Made by a program: the position numbers and the translations under genes. 11,587 nucleotides of DNA from Gemmatimonadaceae bacterium (GTDB taxonomy: Bacteria; Gemmatimonadota; Gemmatimonadetes; Gemmatimonadales; Gemmatimonadaceae). The DNA lies in the NCBI GenBank assembly GCA_040902005.1, contig JBBDYA010000123.1, forward strand, positions 1 to 11,587, given 5' to 3'. Within the stretch, counting starts at the first letter, position 1. Each line of letters begins with the position of its first letter. Below the pieces are notes generated by a model. The model had not been told where the DNA came from, did no database searches, and was given only the letters and a program-made list of their open reading frames with translations. Positions 7,597 to 11,587 of the stretch are shown here, piece after piece.

Positions 7597-7619
7597 CCCC
7601 CCCCCGCACGGTGGCCCCG

Positions 7620-8192
7620 ATGACCGTTCCGAGATCCTTTCGCACGTCCGCGGCCTTTCGCGCCTGGCTCCTGAAGAACCACGACGCCGCCAGGGAGTTG
7701 ACCCTCCGCCTGTTCAAGGTGCACGCGAGTCACCGCGGTATCGGCTACAGGGAGGCGCTCGACGAAGCGCTCTGCTTCGGCTGGATCGACGGCGTCCGGC
7801 GGTCGCTGGATGAGGACAGCTTCACCCAGCGGTTCACGCCGCGGAAAGCGAAGAGCAACTGGAGCGCGGTGAACCTCAGGCGGGTGAAGGAACTCGAGGC
7901 CGAAGGACGCATGCACCCGTCGGGAACCGCCGCCGTCAACGCGCACGACGGCAGGCCGGCGCCCTACTCGTTTGAGTCCGCGCCCAGAACCCTCGCCCCG
8001 GATTTCCTCAGGACCTTCCGCGCGAAGAAGCGCGCGTTCGCCTTCTTCGAGGCACAGCCGCCGGGGTATCGCCGCCTCAGCGCCTTCTGGGTCATGAGCG
8101 CCAAGCGACCGGAAACCCGCGCCTCGCGTTTCGGGATCCTCCTCGAATGCTCCGCCAGGGGCGCGCGGATTCCTCTCCTGGACCGCCCGTAG
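7620..8192 (+). CDS. YdeI/OmpD-associated family protein (bacteriocin-protection-like)
   Basis: Contains FRAWLLKNH, YREALDEALCFGWIDG, QRFTPRKAKSNWSAVN, GRMHPSG and WVMSAKRPETRASR. Start is ATG 7620 or GTG 7611. Confidence 0.92.
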   Translation: MTVPRSFRTSAAFRAWLLKNHDAARELTLRLFKVHASHRGIGYREALDEALCFGWIDGVRRSLDEDSFTQRFTPRKAKSNWSAVNLRRVKELEAEGRMHPSGTAAVNAHDGRPAPYSFESAPRTLAPDFLRTFRAKKRAFAFFEAQPPGYRRLSAFWVMSAKRPETRASRFGILLECSARGARIPLLDRP

Positions 8193-8225
8193 CCCCGAAA
8201 CGCGCTCGCCGCACGCTCTACGTAT

Positions 8226-8255
8226 CTGACCGAAAGGCGCGCTTCTACGTATTAT
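8226..8255 (+). promoter_or_regulatory. Putative sigma70-type promoter upstream of the repeat lipoprotein
   Basis: CTGACC (8226-8231), 18 nt, then TATTAT (8250-8255). SD GGAG at 8308-8311 precedes ATG 8317. Confidence 0.35.
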
Positions 8256-8316
8256 CTGGCCGTCCCATCAGGTCCGCCGATGACTGATTGGGAGCATCTA
8301 CGTTCCCGGAGTTTCG

Positions 8317-9834
8317 ATGCGCCGCCCGGAACCGTCAGCCGTCGCCCCGCTCATTCTCGCCTGCATGCTCCTGGCCTGCGAGCCCACGGCTCCCAGAGGC
8401 CCAGGCGCGATTCGGGTTCAGTCGAATGCGACACTCGCCGAAGACTTCGACTTCTTTCAATACGGCATCGCCATCGACGGTGGAACGCCGCGCACGGTCA
8501 TGTCATTTCAATCGGAGAACTTTCTCGTCAACGGCCTCGCCCACGGAAGCCATACCGTGAACCTCAGCAGCCTTCCGGGCCATTGCGCCACGGGGGCTGC
8601 CGGCAACGATCGCGAGGTTTCGCTGCGCGGCGATGATACCGTCACCGTATCGTTCAGCATCGCGTGCGGACGCACTACCGGTGACGCCAACATCCAGGTG
8701 ATCACCACCGGTTCGGACCTCGACGACGACGGGTACTATCTCACTCTCAATTCGTTCTTCGCCGGCTTCGCGCCCACGAACGGGCTGACGACGATTCCCG
8801 GACTCCCACCGGGCCTCTATACGATCGGATTGTCGGACGTCGCGGATAACTGCACGGCCAGCGGGTCGCAGAATATGTCGATTACCGCGGGCGTGTTGGC
8901 CACGGTGAGCTTCACGGTCACCTGCTCCCCGGTGGCGTACGTGAAGATCGTCGCGGCCACGAGCGGTGACGACCGGGATCCCGACGGTTACGTCGTGAGC
9001 ACCGGCGCCAGCGACGTGCGCGTTCCCGCGAACGCAATCACTCACCTCCGTCGGGCCGTCGGCGCCGTGGACTACGCGATCCTTGACCTACAGCCCAACT
9101 GCACGTTGGCCGGACCTTCCTCCGGCACGGCCACAATTGCGGCGGGCGATACACTGGTTATCGACGTTGCGGCGACGTGCACCTCAATTCCGGAATCCAC
9201 CGCGGGGACCGCCGCCACCGATCCTGTCGGCGATACGCTGCCCAACTCGACTGGTGGTTTCGCGGCGCACGACGTGTCCAACGTGACCGCGCGGTATGCC
9301 ACGGGATGGCTGATCATGGTGGTGCGATTCGCCAGGGCCGTGACGCATTCCGAAAGCGGCCTCCCGAGCGCCCTGTACGGCTACGTGGAGATCGACGCGG
9401 ACGAGAGCGCGGCGACAGGGACGCCGCCGATCACGAACGCCTACGGCGGCTCGGCGTCGATAGGTGTCGACGTCGCGCTCTTGCTGTTCGGTGGGAGCGC
9501 CACGACGACACCCCTGTTGAAGGTCACATCCACAGGGACCTACGACGGCGACCTTGTGCCGACCCGATATGAGGGTGACTCCGTCACCTTCTACATCCCG
9601 GTCGAGAAGCTGGGCGGTGACGGGAACGTCGCGGCCGCGATGGTCGTGGGAACGTATGACCGGCCGACCGACGTCGCGCCGAACTCCGGCGCGTTCGTCG
9701 CCAGCCCCGCCGCGCCCTTCCTGGCGTCACAGACGGCGCGCCCCGGGCTGCCGTCAGCTCTCAGGGGTAGCCACTCGAGAACGGTGGACTATCGCCACGC
9801 GACTGGCACCTGGGGGCCACCGCGCCGAGATTGA
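8317..9834 (+). CDS. Hypothetical lipoprotein with three Cys-paired beta-sandwich repeats and a C-terminal DOMON/CBM9-like domain
   Basis: Lipobox MLLA-C. Three repeats of about 85 aa (nt 8404-8667, 8680-8925, 8935-9180), each with two Cys. DxDxDG loops in repeats 2 and 3. C-terminal domain with DPVGD...HDV...YVEIDADESAATG...TDVAPNSG. Confidence 0.8.
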   Translation: MRRPEPSAVAPLILACMLLACEPTAPRGPGAIRVQSNATLAEDFDFFQYGIAIDGGTPRTVMSFQSENFLVNGLAHGSHTVNLSSLPGHCATGAAGNDREVSLRGDDTVTVSFSIACGRTTGDANIQVITTGSDLDDDGYYLTLNSFFAGFAPTNGLTTIPGLPPGLYTIGLSDVADNCTASGSQNMSITAGVLATVSFTVTCSPVAYVKIVAATSGDDRDPDGYVVSTGASDVRVPANAITHLRRAVGAVDYAILDLQPNCTLAGPSSGTATIAAGDTLVIDVAATCTSIPESTAGTAATDPVGDTLPNSTGGFAAHDVSNVTARYATGWLIMVVRFARAVTHSESGLPSALYGYVEIDADESAATGTPPITNAYGGSASIGVDVALLLFGGSATTTPLLKVTSTGTYDGDLVPTRYEGDSVTFYIPVEKLGGDGNVAAAMVVGTYDRPTDVAPNSGAFVASPAAPFLASQTARPGLPSALRGSHSRTVDYRHATGTWGPPRRD

Positions 9835-9838
9835 GGGG

Positions 9839-11458
9839 ATGATAGGCCGTTCGCTCGTCCTCGTCGCGCTGTGCTCGTCGATCGGGCTGGCACAAGGCGC
9901 CAGCCCGTATCGGCCGGGCATCGATGTCCTGGACTACCTGATTTCGATCACGCTGCCAGACACCGGCGCCTCGATCCGGGGCGACGTGATGCTCACGGTG
10001 CGGCGCACCGCCCGGGTGGACACGCTGGTGCTCGACCTCAGGGATCTCCAGGTGACCCGCACCACGGTGGACGACCGTGTGCGCCGGTTTCGCCGCACCG
10101 ACTCCACGGTGCACATCCCGCTGCCGCCGGGGGACTCGGGCACCTTTCGCGTCCAGGTGCTGTACGGCGGGCGCGTCACGGACGGGCTGATCGTGCGGCA
10201 GGACAGCCTGCGCCGCTGGACCTATTTCGGCGACAACTGGCCCAACCGCGCGCGCCACTGGATTCCCAGCGTGGACCACCCGAGCGACAAGGCGACGGTG
10301 AACTGGGTGGTGCGCGGCCCGCGCGGCCGCACAGTCGTCGCCAACGGCACGCTGATCGAAACGCGCACCACGGGCACCGGGCGCGCCGCCCGCGTCGTCA
10401 CGCGCTGGCAGCAGGCGCAGCCGATTCCCACCTACCTCATGGTGATCGCGGCGGCGCCCCTCGCCAGACACGACCTGGGAGAGACGGCGTGCGGACTCTC
10501 CGACCACCGCCGGTGCGTGCGCCAGTCCGTGTACGTGGCGCCCGAGCAGCGCCCGGTGCTGCCGGGCAACTTCGCGAAGGCCGGCGACATGGTCGCGTTC
10601 TTCGCGTCGCGCGTGGGATCCTACCCGTACGAGAAGCTCGCGCACCTCCAGTCGACCACCCGCTTCGGCGGCATGGAGAACGCCAGCGCGATCTTCTACT
10701 CCGATGCCGCCTTCCGGGGGGGCGGGGTGAGGGAGGGACTCATCGCGCACGAAACCGCGCACCAGTGGTTCGGCAATGCCGTCACGCAGCGCGAGTGGCC
10801 TCACCTATGGCTGTCCGAGGGATTCGCGACGTACTTCGCCGCGCTCTGGACGCAACACGCCCACGGCGACACCGCCTTTCTCGACGAGATGGCGCGCATC
10901 CGTACGGTCATCCTGGACGACACCGTCGCGGTCCCCCGGCGGCCCGTCATCGACACGACGCAGACCAACCTGGTCGCGCTGCTGAATCGCAACAGCTACC
11001 AGAAGGGCGGCTGGGTGCTGCACATGCTGCGCTCCGAGCTGGGCGACACGGTCTTCTTCAGCGCCCTGCGGGATTACTATCGCATGCACAAGCACGGCAA
11101 CGCCCTCACGCCGGACCTCCGGGCCAGGCTCGAGGTGGGCGCCGGCCGTCCGCTCGACCGGTTCTTCGACCAGTGGCTGCGTCGCCCCGGCTACCCCGAG
11201 GTGGTCGTCGCCTGGGAAACCGACTCCACGTCACGCTCCATCCAGATCACCATCACCCAGGGCGCGCGATTCGGCACGTTCGAGTTCCCGCTCCAGCTCG
11301 CGCTCACCGACTCGTCGGGGCTCACCCGCCACGTGGAGTTCGCCGTGCCGGCGCAGCTGGAAACCAGGCTGGTGCTTCCGATCTCGGGCGGCGTCGCGCG
11401 CGTGGACGTGGATCCCGACGTCCGCCTGCTGGCCCGGATCACGGTGCGAAAGCAATAG
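9839..11458 (+). CDS. M1 family Zn aminopeptidase (secreted, PepN-like)
   Basis: GGMEN exopeptidase motif (10667), HETAHQWFGN-...-WLSEGFATY zinc motif (His at 10748) and SYQKGGWVLHMLR. ATG 9839 follows GAGGGG and gives a signal peptide (MIGRSLVLVALCSSIGLAQ). It starts 4 nt after the lipoprotein stop. Confidence 0.95.
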   Translation: MIGRSLVLVALCSSIGLAQGASPYRPGIDVLDYLISITLPDTGASIRGDVMLTVRRTARVDTLVLDLRDLQVTRTTVDDRVRRFRRTDSTVHIPLPPGDSGTFRVQVLYGGRVTDGLIVRQDSLRRWTYFGDNWPNRARHWIPSVDHPSDKATVNWVVRGPRGRTVVANGTLIETRTTGTGRAARVVTRWQQAQPIPTYLMVIAAAPLARHDLGETACGLSDHRRCVRQSVYVAPEQRPVLPGNFAKAGDMVAFFASRVGSYPYEKLAHLQSTTRFGGMENASAIFYSDAAFRGGGVREGLIAHETAHQWFGNAVTQREWPHLWLSEGFATYFAALWTQHAHGDTAFLDEMARIRTVILDDTVAVPRRPVIDTTQTNLVALLNRNSYQKGGWVLHMLRSELGDTVFFSALRDYYRMHKHGNALTPDLRARLEVGAGRPLDRFFDQWLRRPGYPEVVVAWETDSTSRSIQITITQGARFGTFEFPLQLALTDSSGLTRHVEFAVPAQLETRLVLPISGGVARVDVDPDVRLLARITVRKQ

Positions 11459-11530
11459 AAGTCGTTCTTGGCCGAAGTCGTTCTCGGCCCGCTGGCTTCG
11501 CCAAGTCGTTCTCGGCCCGCTGGCTTCGCC
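11459..11530. repeat. Tandem direct repeat: one partial 16-nt copy plus two identical 28-nt copies
   Basis: AAGTCGTTCTTGGCCG (11459-11474), then AAGTCGTTCTCGGCCCGCTGGCTTCGCC at 11475-11502 and again at 11503-11530. Confidence 0.92.
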
Positions 11531-11582
11531 AGCGGTGGGTTCTCGGCGGCGCGCTTCGCGCGCCGGTCGGCGGGCACACCCA
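11508..11582. repeat. REP-like double-hairpin element
   Basis: Two perfect 8-bp GC stems with TTC loops: CCGCTGGC-TTC-GCCAGCGG (11517-11535) and CGGCGCGC-TTC-GCGCGCCG (11547-11565). Each is preceded by GTTCTCGG. Confidence 0.6.
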
Positions 11583-11587
11583 TCCAG

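Noticed and set aside
9554..9838. ORF-track N-terminal extensions (9554 for M1; also 5500, 2974 and 1471)
   Set aside because: The extensions overlap upstream genes or regulatory DNA. The downstream starts give proper signal peptides, SDs or family-like N-termini.
11459..11530. Possible CRISPR array (28-nt repeats)
   Set aside because: The copies are directly adjacent with no spacers, and no cas genes are in the window.

Overview
GC-rich bacterial DNA. The gene families and lipoprotein style suggest a Gemmatimonadota-like genome (inference). The window has about 10 intact-looking CDSs. On the minus strand is an ADOP/FtsX-MacB-type permease that runs off the left edge and is missing from the ORF track. 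On the plus strand are a DinB-like protein, a DUF922-like secreted HExxH protein, a small lipoprotein, a stand-alone Rieske oxygenase alpha subunit, a 69-aa membrane protein, a DUF885 protein, a YdeI/OmpD-associated protein, a multi-repeat lipoprotein and an M1 aminopeptidase. The 1.3-4.2 kb segment carries what look like gene remnants: a DHFR/RibD-family N-terminus, a possible Phd/YefM antitoxin N-terminus and a 5'-truncated SpoIIM-like gene. The right end holds a tandem repeat and hairpin element. Several long G/C homopolymers occur, mostly inside genes. I saw no rRNA, tRNA, CRISPR array, transposase or integrase. I cannot show a novel multi-gene system here. The best leads are the gene-turnover segment, the orphan Rieske oxygenase, the repeat lipoprotein next to secreted peptidases, and the REP-like element. 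All family assignments come from motif recognition, not database searches.
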